A stretch of DNA of 63,803 nucleotides, counting the filler, from Choristocarpus tenellus KU-1152 (lineage: Eukaryota; Protista; Phaeophyceae), in assembly GCA_964200185.2 (NCBI GenBank). It is 11 parts of 11 records of this genome, joined end to end, with 100 filler letters (N's around TTAATTAATTAA, not from the genome) between each part and the next. Parts side by side here need not be neighbours in the genome. Positions count along the whole stretch, not along the records: positions 51,352 to 61,122 come from CAXNAD020003406.1; positions 61,223 to 63,803 come from CAXNAD020026570.1; 9 more parts are not named here. One strand, written 5' to 3'. Both the position numbers and the translations under genes were made by a program. Below are positions 52,635 through 63,803 of the stretch, in pieces. The number at the start of each line of letters is the position of its first letter. Positions within the stretch are counted from its first letter, which is position 1. The notes below the pieces were generated by a model, which was not told the origin of the DNA, ran no database searches, and saw nothing but the letters and a program-made list of their open reading frames with translations.

Positions 52635-52860
52635 TTCACAACTACTATTTGTTACAGTTCTTCACAACTAACAATTTTTGCAGTACTTCACAGCTATTAA
52701 TTGTTACAGTTTTTCACAACTACTATTTGTTACAGTTCTTCACAACTAACAATTTTTGCAGTACTTCACAGCTAGTAATTGTTACAGTTTTTCACAACTA
52801 CTATTTGTTACAGTTCTTCACAACTAGTAATCGATGCAGTACCTTACAACTAGTAATTTT
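52635..52860. repeat. 26-bp monomer array organised as a 78-bp higher-order repeat (ABC ABC A..)
   Basis: A ttcacaactactatttgttacagttc; B ttcacaactaacaatttttgcagtac; C ttcacagcta(t/g)taattgttacagttt. Confidence 0.9.
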
Positions 52861-53165
52861 TATATACCGTCTTGTTGTTACACATACAGCAAGCTGAAAG
52901 TTATGGTTGTTTGAAATACCCACGTTGGATAAGGGTCGAATTGAGTCAACAAAATTGACTTAAGGTTCACCCACCCACATGGCTCTCTATCTTTCACACC
53001 CTAACCCTGTGCAGCAAACCATCGATTGGTGTGCATATGAGTCAAACTAAAATGAGAGGTAACCAGAGTTGCAATTTTAGGATACCGGCAAGTATGTGAA
53101 AAATTCGCCTCTCTCTCTCTATATATATATATATATTTACAAATGTGTGAGGGACGTTTCTGCAT

Positions 53166-53430
53166 GACTGAAAGTATCTTAGGGTTAGGGTACGCGTTTT
53201 GCCCTGTTTGTCCATTTGGGGCTTGACTTCCCATGTTTTTTTAATGACATTTTCCTACTCCAAAATGTGTAGGAGTAGGTAAAATGTATATGTTATGAAA
53301 AGGTGTGCCCAGTATGTGGATATTGACACTTCCTAACAAACACGATGGCCAAAACTACATCAAAATCGCAACATTGGATTTTGACCCCCAAATGGACATG
53401 GCTCTACCCTCTAATAAGATACTTTGGCTC
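53166..53430. mobile_element. MITE family A
   Basis: gactgaaagtatcttaggg...aagatactttggctc. Confidence 0.85.
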
Positions 53431-53998
53431 AATTTTGTTGAAAGCTTAGAAACAATAGCGAAACTGATGCTCTGAAGTCAAACTTAACACTTCATCCAGA
53501 GATAATATGGGCGGATTGCCAAAGATTGAAAAACTGGTACAAAATGTTCAATGCCCCAAAACCTGGGTACCTCTAGTTTGCTTTGGGTCAAAACAGTAGC
53601 GAAGCCCGGTGATAATAATAGTACATCATTATTTCTAGTTATTTCTACTGAGTATTATTTTATTATTGCTAATAACTGTTGATACATAGTACTCTATTAA
53701 TGCTATTAATATTATTACTATTAATATATTTTCATTATTAAGCAAGTCAGGCTCTTGTTGTGCACAAGAGTTTGGGGGTACGGTTTACCCCTATATTAGT
53801 ACACCCGAGACTAATTTGTGTTGACTGAGCACAACGAGGCTTCTAAACCCAACAATACGTAAGCTCGGAGGATAAACTAATTAGTGTCAACTTGGGACTA
53901 CAAGAATCCATGTTACTATTCCAAGCAGAGGGTACACATACTCACTCCCATGTCATTTTGTTGTCACATTATCTTTTTCAGTTTTAGTGAGCGCTCAC

Positions 53999-56899
53999 CG
54001 TGGCAGAATGCTTCCATCGGGCCCCCTCGAGAAACAGTCCGTGAATCAGTACTCCGTCCGTTGGCTGCTCTCCAAGAGTGGCTGCCTCTTCTGAGGTCCT
54101 GATGCAAGTAACGTGCGTCTCAGTTGTCATCTGGTCGAGTGGGAGACCCAGCCTCCTGGCAGTGACCTGCTTCACCGCTGTTAAGAACGCAGTGGGGTTA
54201 AAGAGCCCCGGCAGCCAAAGGGGAATTGGAAGACGTGTGATAGAAGCCATCCAACCCTGAAGATGACTGACGCGCTCTACTAGGTCAGTGAGCCATGAAG
54301 ATAAGTTCTTCCGGGAAGGCCAGGCATATTTCTCCCAGGAGCACAAGCTATATGGGTCCCTTCCTGGCACCTGTTAAATGCCCCCCGATTGGTGCAGTAG
54401 TAGAGCGACAGAACATTTACGAGCACACCCTGCACAGTTGATGGCTCCGTGTAGGGTGTGGCATTGCGTGAAGTGTGTATAATATTTTGATGTAGTGAGC
54501 CAAAGTATCTTAGATGGGGGGGGTAGAGCAGCGTCCATTTGGGGGTCAAAATCCAATGTTACGATTTTGATGTAGTTTTGGCTTATCGTGTTTGTTAGGG
54601 TTATAGGGTTAGGGTTAAGTGTGGCAATATCTATGTTTCGGACACACGGTTTTCATAACGCATACTTTTTACCTGCTCTGAAACATTTTGGAGTAGGAAG
54701 ATGTCTTAATAAACACCCGTGGGAAGCCAAGCCCCAAACGAACAAAACAGGGCAAAATTCGTACCCTCTCTTAATAAGATAGTTTCACTCGGTGAGATAC
54801 GCCATTCATGAGAGGCGTTGAGATCTCCTTCCTGTCTATGGAGCAACAGGGTTTTACATGCGCAATTTCTCAAATTGCTGGGAGCAAACCTTCCAGCTTT
54901 CCATTCGATTAAATATCGTTATTGGAGCTACTACGTGGGACTCTTTGAGTATGTGACACAAAACCAAAAGCGGGTCTCAAGGCGAGGGGAAGGGAAGGCC
55001 ACCCGAGTCTCTGAAAGCGTTTAGCGGGGTAGGGCTGTGTCCGTTCGGGATCATACACAAAATGTTGCGACTTTGATGTAATTTTGGCTATCGAATTTGT
55101 TAGCAAGTGTCGATATCCTTTGCTCCAGCCGGACACACCTTTTTCGTAGTCGCACACATTTTACCGTAACCCTAACTCTGAAACGTTTCGAAAGCCAAAG
55201 AGGGGCAAAAAACCTACCCTCTTATGTTCTTTTTGGGTCGCCTGCCAAGTTGTTGAGGAAGGTGAGAGGTAATCAACGAGTATACCCTCTTAGGTCATGC
55301 TTCATGAAGGTAGTAGTACATCAAGGACGATACTGGAGTGAAAGTATCTTATTAAGAGAGGGTACGATTTTTGCCCTGTTTGTTCGTTTGGGGCTTGGCT
55401 TCCCACGTTTTTTTTAGAAAATGACATTTTCCTACTTTTAAAAACATTTCTGAGTAGGTAAAATATATATACATAATGAAAAGGTGTATCTGGATCAAGG
55501 ATATTGAAACTTCATAACAAACATTGGATTTTGGTCCCCAAATGGACACGGCTCTACCCTCTAAGGTACTTTGACTCACTGCGTACTTGACAGCAGGTTG
55601 TTCTATACCAGATAGTAAGAGATCAGTGGCAATATACGGAAAAATATGAGAACCCCTGCATCGGCGAGCAGTCCAGCAGAGGAACAGGCCTAGGCTGAAC
55701 TGTTCAAGAGCTTGACAACCTTGTACCCTTTTTCATTCTGAGCCATCTTTCTCACCATGTGCAACACACTACATTTCATCATTGCTTTATGTGGACAATA
55801 GTGCACGCAAAATCGATGTTCCCCCTTTTTGACTAACAAGGTGACACACACGCAGTGAAGCAAAAGGCTCTTTCTGCAGTTGTTCAAGATGGAGTGCTCT
55901 TGCCTCTTCTCTGGACCCATAAAAACGCAACCCTAACCCTACCTCTCAGTTCGATCGACTCCTCTCTCGTTTTGGGGAACAAAGCCAACGCTCTTCTACT
56001 CTTGTATTCCTAGTGAAGTACTTGGACGTGTCCATTGAGAGTTTCACGCGTGATACACAATTTTGAAATACATGGACGTGTCCATTGGTAGTGCAGAGGG
56101 CACCGAGACCGAGGTGGCTCTGGGAACAACCTGGTTGATAGACAGAGCTTGTTGCAGGTCCTCCATGGCTTGTGTGGAGTTGAGTTGTCCGTTCATGCCC
56201 TTGACCAGCTCTGCCAGGGACCGTTTCAATTGGTGGAGTAATATGTTCATGCGGGAACATTCTTGCACTGCCACGACCATGTATGGCCCTTGTTCAGACT
56301 CGAGGCCATGTTTTGCCTGTGGGTTCAGCAGTCGTGAGCAACATGCGGGCTTGTGATCATTGTAATCATTGTAGAGTTCTAAGTGCTCTCAAGTTTCTGA
56401 ATGGGTATTGACCACAAGATTGTCTGTCAAGCACTGTCGCATGAAGCGTCAAAAGCCAAAAGAATGTTTGTCCCCGCTCCTCCTCCGCCTGCTAAAATGT
56501 GTTTAACGTCTGTAATCCTCGTAGCACCCCAAGAGCGCTCTGGAGTGTGCGAACGCAACGCCAGTCAGCAAACACCGGCAGTTGGTGGTTCAAATGGAAT
56601 TGTGCTCTAAGCTTGCTTGGTCAGTAGTATAGCGAGATGACGAGAATAGTTTTGCACCTGGGTTTCTATGGCGTGCATGTCGAAGGCAGATGGCACGATA
56701 GGTAGGAGGTCACGGACTATTGACTCAGGGGTGGAGTATCCAACAGATCCTCCGCCTGGGTTTGCCACAGCAGTAGTAGGATCATCGTCATCTCCAGCAC
56801 TGTTACCATTTCCTGCTGTGCCTCCTGTTGCTCCTGCTCCCTGCTCCAACCTACCAATTGTTAATGTGTCTTGGGTAAGGGAACTTCTAGCAGCATATT

Positions 56900-56946
<47 letters not shown>

Positions 56947-59720
56947 CCATATGTATGATGGCAATATATGTTGGTGTTTCAAAGAGGTAGGGTTGTGAGC
57001 ATGGTGAACAGCAAGAGCTTGCTTGCTCCAGCCAGAAATTTGCGTAGACAAGGGTGGGGGGAAAAGGGATGTGAGTGTTAGGGCTAGGGTTAGGGTTAAT
57101 TCAATGTATACAATAGGCACCCAGGTTTTGGCTGTTTGGCATAGTAAGTAACTTGCTCTGTTCATCTGTTGCAATCTACACATAGTTCTATGGATGGAGT
57201 GCTAAGATTATCTTGAGACCAATAATCTCTGTTTGTTTGATTATTTTTTTTTCAACAGAATCATTAAGAAAAGTCCTCTATGATTTCACAATATTTGTAC
57301 AAAAAGCCGAATTTGTTTTTACAAAAAGCCGAATTTTTCACGTTTGTCAGTGAGTCAAAGTGTCTTAGAGGGTAGAGCCGCCGTCCATTTGGGGGGCCAA
57401 AATCCAATTTTGATGAATTGTGGCTGTCATGTTTGTTAGTAGATGTCAATAGGCTTAATACGGACACTCCTTTTCATAATGTACACATTTACCAACCCCG
57501 AAACATTTTGGAGTAGGTAAAATGTCATTAAGAACGGTGGGAAGCCAACCCCAAATGGACAAATAGGGAAAAACTCGTACCCTCTAAGATACTTTCACTC
57601 AGCGTCCTTAAGCATGCAACCCTGGAGACCTGTCCCTTGGTTTAGACTCAGGACTTGTTTTAACCACTTCTTTTGCTCGCTTCAGAGTGCTAATAATAGT
57701 GTTTTGTCAGTACTTCATTTTTAGCAGTATGCTACTCTTCATTGAAGTAGTAGTCAGCACTATTCGTAGCACTAGTATAGTACTATCTCATGTACCATTG
57801 AGTCACAGCAGCAGTGACTATTGGTTAGTTGAAAGACAAGGCGCCTCCCCCATTATGCTAGCAGTGGAGTCATGCCATTTGAAACTGAACAATTTCTACC
57901 AGGTTCTCCATGTATGTCTTGTCGTGCAGGAGACAATGAGAATGCAAGGTAACGTAACGTACCACACACTACACATTACATATTGTGTTCATTGAGCGCT
58001 CCAAAGTAAGGCGTAAGGATACCTCACCTCAGGAACGCTGCAAACATCTCTTCAGCAGCAGCTGTGAGGTGGTTCACCTCTGCGTTTGGTGGCATGCCAA
58101 ACATACTTGGAGATTCATCCGGAAGGGCTCTTTCAATATACATGGCGTATGTGGGATGGTCCATTCCCTCAGGCTCAGGTGCTCTAAATCCAGGTGCAAG
58201 CTCCTTCCCTGTGAGGAGGGCATCATCAAAGATGTTCTGTTGCACAAGTCATGATCAGGGAATAGGAACAGGGAAGGCAATGAGTACAATGAGTACAATG
58301 AGTACAATGAGGGACCGAAGGGTGTATTGAACATGGAATATACCTCTGAAGTGTCGTATCAATTCTACTTTGTTGGGTGCAACACAATCGCAGATCTAGC
58401 CAGAGAGAGATGCAACAATTATCAGGAGGAGAGGAACCTCTCCATAGTATCTTAGAGGGGGGTCAAGTGTCCATTCAGGGCCTGTGTGGCTCTGTAGTTA
58501 TTTCCATGTCATATGAGTGAACGTGTCAGGTTTATAGGCAATTTCCTTCGTCTGAATGCACCTTCCTTTTCTATACACATGCCGGGGCCAAATCAGAAGG
58601 AAAGTCACCCGCACAACAGGCATCAAACTGGGGTCATTTGCAATAACCCATCAAGCCCTGAATAGACAAACTGGGCAAAATACTCCCCCCTCTAGGATAC
58701 TATGGTCCGTTTCCCCAAACGTATCAAGGGATTGAATTGAAGACTATATCCCCAACCAAATTTCTTGTGACATGCCTTTGCTTCCAATATTTACAAAGTA
58801 ATTTGGCAAAATTGAGATATGTTTGTTCTAATGGAGACATAGGATGTCTTCAATCAAGATCTCAGATAGGCGGTGAAGGACAGTCTGTAAACCGGCCATG
58901 GAGCTCAGGGAGTCAAGAAATGTTAAGGCTGGGTGGAGTGTAACACATTTGTAGCCATGAGAACACAATTCAAGAGAAGAGGGACCCAGTACAATGCAGT
59001 ATCAAGTGTTTTGCCCCTTTCACAATTATTTCTATTGTGTGATACATACACACAACCTTTTCCAATCATATGGCTACATCTTTGGAAAAGGCACATCGGC
59101 AAACTTGTCACCAAGGAGCTATACACGCAGCCTTTACACCTCTATTACAAACTATCATAGATGATGACTATCGATTACTGGTGGGGAAATAAAGAGAAGC
59201 CCAGTACCCTCCAAAGTGCTAGACCTCTAGTGTGTACGCTGCAGGACAAGTATGGATGGCTATTCAGTCAACGTTTTCAATGGTGGGTGTTAAAATGTTT
59301 ACATATCGAGTTTACATGTTGAGGCAGTCTCACCTCCAGGTATGTTGTGTTTACTCTGCGGTCCCAGAAATCAGTGATGTGCCCCCCATACATGATTTCT
59401 CCAAAGATGTACCGAAGGTCTTGCCATGGGATGCCTCCCTGGCCCTTCTCCACCATACTGGTTTGAAGGTAGCTGTGGAGAATGTTCGAACAGATGGTCA
59501 AGTCTCCTGTTGTGAAGCCGTATGCTCTTGACCAACCCTGCTGCCCAAAATGGCGTCGGCCCAGCACCAGGGAGTGGAAGAAGCACAGCCCAAAGAGGCA
59601 AGCACGAAACTCCTTTGAGGAGGTGCATGAGTCCAGGGTGTCCTGGTCGAAAGTTGCCCATGCCCTGCGGAGGTTGGATTTGAGGTCTGCCGGAGCCTCA
59701 TTGGCCACTTTCACACATGA
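53999..59720 (-). CDS. Axonemal dynein heavy chain (outer-arm beta-like), AAA6 lid and C-terminal domain; five internal exons, both ends missing
   Basis: Phase-consistent GT-AG exons: 59720-59334 (SCVKVANEAPADLKSNL..LCFFHSLVLGRRHFGQQGWSRAYGF..GDL..PWQDLRYIFGEIMYGGHITDFWDRR), 58236-58028 (YIERALPDESPSMFGMPPNAE), 56850-56658, 56316-56131 (PYMVVAVQECSRMNILL..LKRSL.EL) and 54370-53999 (WLTDLVERV..WLPGLFNPTAFLTAVKQVTARR..IHGLFLEGARW). Confidence 0.95.
54497..54790. mobile_element. MITE family A in a dynein intron, containing inserted TTAGGG repeats
   Basis: gagccaaagtatcttaga...gatagtttcactc; ttagggttatagggttagggtt at ~54595-54616. Confidence 0.85.
55336..55577. mobile_element. MITE family A, TSD ACTG
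   Basis: actg|gagtgaaagtatc...ggtactttgactc|actg. Confidence 0.85.
56903..56943. repeat. (CA)n microsatellite
   Basis: Pure CA run in a dynein intron. Confidence 0.95.
57352..57600. mobile_element. MITE family A
   Basis: gagtcaaagtgtcttagaggg...ccctctaagatactttcactc. Confidence 0.85.
58438..58708. mobile_element. MITE family C
   Basis: ccatagtatcttagagggg...cctctaggatactatggtcc; homologous to 379-604. Confidence 0.65.
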
Positions 59721-60544
59721 CTGCAGGCAGTATTTTGTGTTGAACAGGGGGTGAGGGTGGTGGAGTGGATACAAATTGTTTTGGTTCTACATAACAAGAG
59801 TTGAGGCGGATGTATTGTGCCCATCATGGTAGTGCAGTCACGCAGTTCCACATGCTAAGTTTATTGTGTGGTCCTTACCCATTTTTTTTCTACTAGGGCT
59901 TTTGTTGATGGCAATTGTACAGAGGGCGTGAACACAACAGTTGCATCTTCATGAACAGGAAAGATAAACTTGAATAAGCTTCAGTTTCCTTAATGTGCTG
60001 TGGATCAATCCTGAGGTTCGAGGGCGCGGATTCCAAGAACTGGTGTCAAAGAATGCCATGAAATTCTTTTGTGTGGAGCTCGTTACCTATACTCTTGAAA
60101 TATGCATAAGTGTAGACATAACACTCTGAATTAGGTGTAGCTTTTCCATTTGAAAGGACAAAAACAGACGGTGACTGGGTCAAAGCCAGTCTCTTTCAAG
60201 CAGGAGACAATGAGTAGTCAAGTAAGATCCTGCCTTCTTTTGTTACACTGTTCAAGTGTCCATGATGAGTGCACCGTACATAGAAATACCACTGGGTACC
60301 AATTTGGCGGCAAAGAACCACCCTGTCTTATTGGGGGTCAATTTAGACCCCTTTGAGAGTTTATGCCCTTTTGAACCTTCTGCCTGACACCCCATCCCTG
60401 CGCCTAGAACGTAGCCAGCCCTCCTTAGGAGACTATGGCCGTAGAAGAGAAGGCATACACTCATGTACATTAAGTGTGAAGGTCCCTCCAGAGTGCCAAA
60501 TGCACATGTACCAGGGGGAAGTCAAAGGAACTCCAAATACTCAA

Positions 60545-60900
60545 CTGCATCCCCCTCTAAGACAAGACGGCTTGCAAATCCGGAGCACTACAGGATTTGG
60601 AAGGGATGTGTCTAAGCACTTCCCAGTACTACTTGCATCATGCAGCGGCTTGTGTTTGTGGTGTTGAAGATGAAACGCCAGTCGTTGGCAGTGCAGGGCA
60701 TGACTGAAGTGTGCACAACAATAATAAAGCGGATGCAACCCCTAAGCAAGCTTTGCACAGAGTATCTGGAAGGGTTACCATGCACCTCGCTCGGCCTGAC
60801 CGTTTGAACATAGACTTCTCAGCCCTTTCAGCAAGGGCTTGTTTTGAGTACAAGAGTATTCTTCGCAAAGCAGAAATGGAGCTGTACACATTATTGACTA
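60545..60900 (-). mobile_element. Highly decayed Ty1/Copia integrase fragment with a possible polypurine tract
   Basis: LYSKQALAERAEKSMFKRSGRARCMVTLPDTL...SCPALPTTGVSSSTP resembles the Copia PYxxQQNGxAERxxRT...ARCM...LP motif. ttagaggggga|tg at ~60549 looks like a PPT/LTR junction. Confidence 0.35.
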
Positions 60901-62520
60901 TTAATCATACCCTCTAATCAACAGCATTTATGAATCCCGACGTACCGATGAAGCCAACTCGTTCAATCAGAGCACAATTGAGATTGTAATTGGATCCTCT
61001 TATTGGTTGATTATTTTGTTGGCATAGAAATGGCTCAAAGTATCTGGGGGGGGGGGAGGGTGGCGGCTGTCCATTTGGGGCCAATTTTTTCATGTCACGG
61101 TTTTTGGGTGGTTTGGGAAAAANNNNNNNNNNNNNNNNNNNNNNNNNNNNNNNNNNNNNNNNNNNNTTAATTAATTAANNNNNNNNNNNNNNNNNNNNNN
61201 NNNNNNNNNNNNNNNNNNNNNNCCCCCCCCAGATACTTTGACCCTATATTGAATTTATTGTCTTCCCGAAGAGTTTATTTTTAAGTGTCCTCATACGCAT
61301 GTTTTTATTGGCCCAGTGGCAACCTAGATTTCATCTCAATTAGTGCGTTCTGCCACCATCCTCTAATACTTTTACTGCCATGCCCCAATCCTTTTTCCTT
61401 CCCTCTTTGCGTTGATCGGACCACAGAACAATTGACATAAACCTTACTAGAAATACGTTGACGCACAAATATCTTGTACTCCATACCACCATCTTCAGCA
61501 CAAGTCGAGTTTTCCACAACAGATTACCTCTCTTCCACACCCAAACCAAGCGGCGGTAACCACGCCGGCTCCAAACTTTGAACCCAACGGCAAGTTGCCT
61601 GAGCCATAATAACATAATCTACACCCACTCCAGCGCCAAGCGTAGGTCCTAAAGGCATTTTAGTCCAAAATACATCCTAAGAGGACGATGGCTGGGTCAA
61701 AGTATCTTGGGGGGTGGTGGCTTGTGAGGCGGCGTCCGGACCGAAACGGACGCCCCCTCACAAAACACCCCCCCCCCCCCACCACCTGACCCAAGAAGAA
61801 CTAGACCTAGGGGCTTGTGGACAAGGAGCCTGGGCGGTAGAAGCTGNNNNNNNNNNCCCCCCAGATACTTTGACCCATGAAGAACTCGACAGTGGTGGTT
61901 GAGGGCAAGGAGCCTCGACGAGAGAACCTGCTCATCGGAAGGTCGAACAAGGAGCCTTTTGATCTGGCATCATTCGCCAGCTTCCCCAGAACTGACTTGT
62001 TTGAGGAGACTCTCGACTTCCTACATGCGGTATGGTAGAGTAAGCAGGACGTTTTCTTCAGCTAGGCATATAAGCCAAGTACTTAACGAATGGGCTGCGC
62101 ATAGCACCTTAGATTAAAGCCGAGTGTTCGATTTTATGGCGACATGCTCACAATTAGAACGGACTGAGGCTTGTGCAATCCTCCTGTATCATACGCTTGA
62201 GTTCAAAACGGAGGGATTCGATTGCCTCCTCCCCCTCCCCCGCTCTATCTAGCTCCTACCTCTCTAACCCTTACCACTTGTCTCCGTCGACATCCTTTGC
62301 AATTTACAGCAAGAAATATTCGGGTTTTTTTAGTACACAACTATCACATATTTGAAACCTAAAACAGAGATTTACCAACCAACAGTATCTACCCTGGTTG
62401 AATATGTCCTTGTACATGCTCGCATATGGATGTTGGACTATGAATGTCCTCTCCAGCGGTCTTCAGCAGTCTCACCTGTCTGATCGAATGCATCATGATT
62501 TATGTCACATCTCCATGCAG

Positions 62521-62685
62521 GTTCAAGCACTGAAGACGGTGGACAAAAACCTATTCACTTCGTATCTAGAGCAAATTGTGAAATGCTACATTATGTCCAA
62601 CGCCCCGAGTCAGGTCAACCTCAGCAGCAGAGAGAGGTGGAAAACCGAACAAGCAGCAAGTGCAGCCATCCGTGCCCTCGAAAAG
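62521..62685 (+). CDS. RGS (regulator of G-protein signalling) domain exon of a larger gene
   Basis: ctccatgcag|VQALKTVDKNLFTSYLEQIVKCYIMSNAPSQVNLSSRERWKTEQAASAAIRALEK|gcaagc matches the RGS I...YI...AP.qVN+....R motif. Flanking exons were not identified. Confidence 0.7.
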
Positions 62686-63484
62686 GCAAGCCACTCCCTG
62701 CATATCTGATGCGGAAGTGGGATCCACCCCGATTTGGGAACCCCACCTCTATCAAGTGAGCCCACCTCCATATTTCCATCAATTCTTATGTTATGTTATC
62801 GACCGATTAATCAATTTAGTTGTGAGAAGTGAAAGATGTCAGCCCAAGTTAGGGTAACTCTAAGGGGCATGGTCACCAAATGATTCCCACACTTACTTCA
62901 AGCTTTAATACTCCAGAAGGTTTCGTACAAAATTGTGGAACTTTGACTTGTGTTTGTTGAGTAACAACAGAGTTTGATAGTACCATTTACCACTACGTGG
63001 TGCATGACGCATTTGCTTCAAAGTTGATGCTTTGAAGCATGTGCCACATATGTGGGCAACGTGATTTCTCTGAAATAATGCTTATTACGTTATCATGAAT
63101 CCGGCGATTGTGGAGAACCACATACACCTCATTTATTGCCTGACAAGGCAAGTGCATCTGTGATCCAGCATTGCTTCACACATCAATCAATCCATGGCAG
63201 CATGCACTACATAATGGTTACATGACACTATTGCACTCTGTTGTGAGGGCAACTTCAATGAACAGACTCAAATTCCAATCAAATTACACAACAACGGCTG
63301 GAGTTTGCATGACATAAAATATGTGTAGGTAAATCACGTGACTAATGTGCCTGTTAAATTGACATATCGTCATGCAGAAGAATCTTCTACTAGCCAAGAA
63401 TGAGGCTATGTAATGGACCAAGGTGATGTCTATGTCTCATTATGTATGAATAAGCTTCATGGCAACGAGTTATCTCCACCCGGT

Positions 63485-63741
63485 GAGTAAACGTATCTTA
63501 GAAGGTACGAGGTTTGCCCTATTTGTCCATTTGGGGCTTGGCTTCCCATGGGTTTTTTTATGACATTTTCCTACTCCAAAATTTTTAGGAGTTGATAAAA
63601 TGTATACGTAATGAAAAGGTGTGTCCAAAACATAGATATTGACACTTCCTAACAAACACGATAGCCAAATTACATCAAATCGCAACATTGGATTTTGGCC
63701 CCCAAGTGGACGTGGCTCTACCCTCTAACATACGTTTACTC
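63485..63741. mobile_element. MITE family A
   Basis: gagtaaacgtatcttagaagg...ccctctaacatacgtttactc. Confidence 0.85.
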
Positions 63742-63803
63742 TCCTCCCCTTTGTGAAGGGAGTGTAGTAGGTCAGATTTGTCAAGGATCTGGCTGTTGAC
63801 CCC

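Noticed and set aside
51352-53990. Final dynein exons (expected CPVY...RG and W.LAGVA motifs)
   Set aside because: Not found by eye before the contig end, so the gene is treated as truncated by the assembly rather than as a pseudogene.

Overview
Eukaryotic, intron-rich and repeat-rich DNA, most consistent with a stramenopile and probably a brown alga. This assignment is inferred from the axonemal dynein style, the TTAGGG repeats and the TE types. The window is about 11 contigs joined by artificial 100-nt spacers (N44-TTAATTAATTAA-N44), so neighbours across gaps are not proven to be physically linked. Host genes recognisable by splicing exons by hand: the last two exons of an omega-3/Delta12-type membrane fatty-acid desaturase (-), a six-exon TVP38/TMEM64 (VTT/DedA) gene with one in-frame TGA (+), five C-terminal exons of an axonemal dynein heavy chain (-) and one RGS-domain exon (+). 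Mobile DNA: a decayed Ty3/Gypsy pol (RT-RNaseH-integrase-chromo-like) with two nested insertions, the 3' end of a CRE-type non-LTR element, a deleted pogo/Tigger-like element, another TIR element, Copia relics and more than 20 copies of three MITE families with related TIRs. The most unusual locus is at 25.0-28.4 kb. It holds a spliceosomal-intron-containing gene encoding a bacterial-style ParB/Spo0J N-terminal domain plus a probable HTH, set head-to-head with a second ORF across two 270-bp direct repeats that each carry a conserved 35-bp palindrome. All family calls come from motif recognition by eye; no database search was run.
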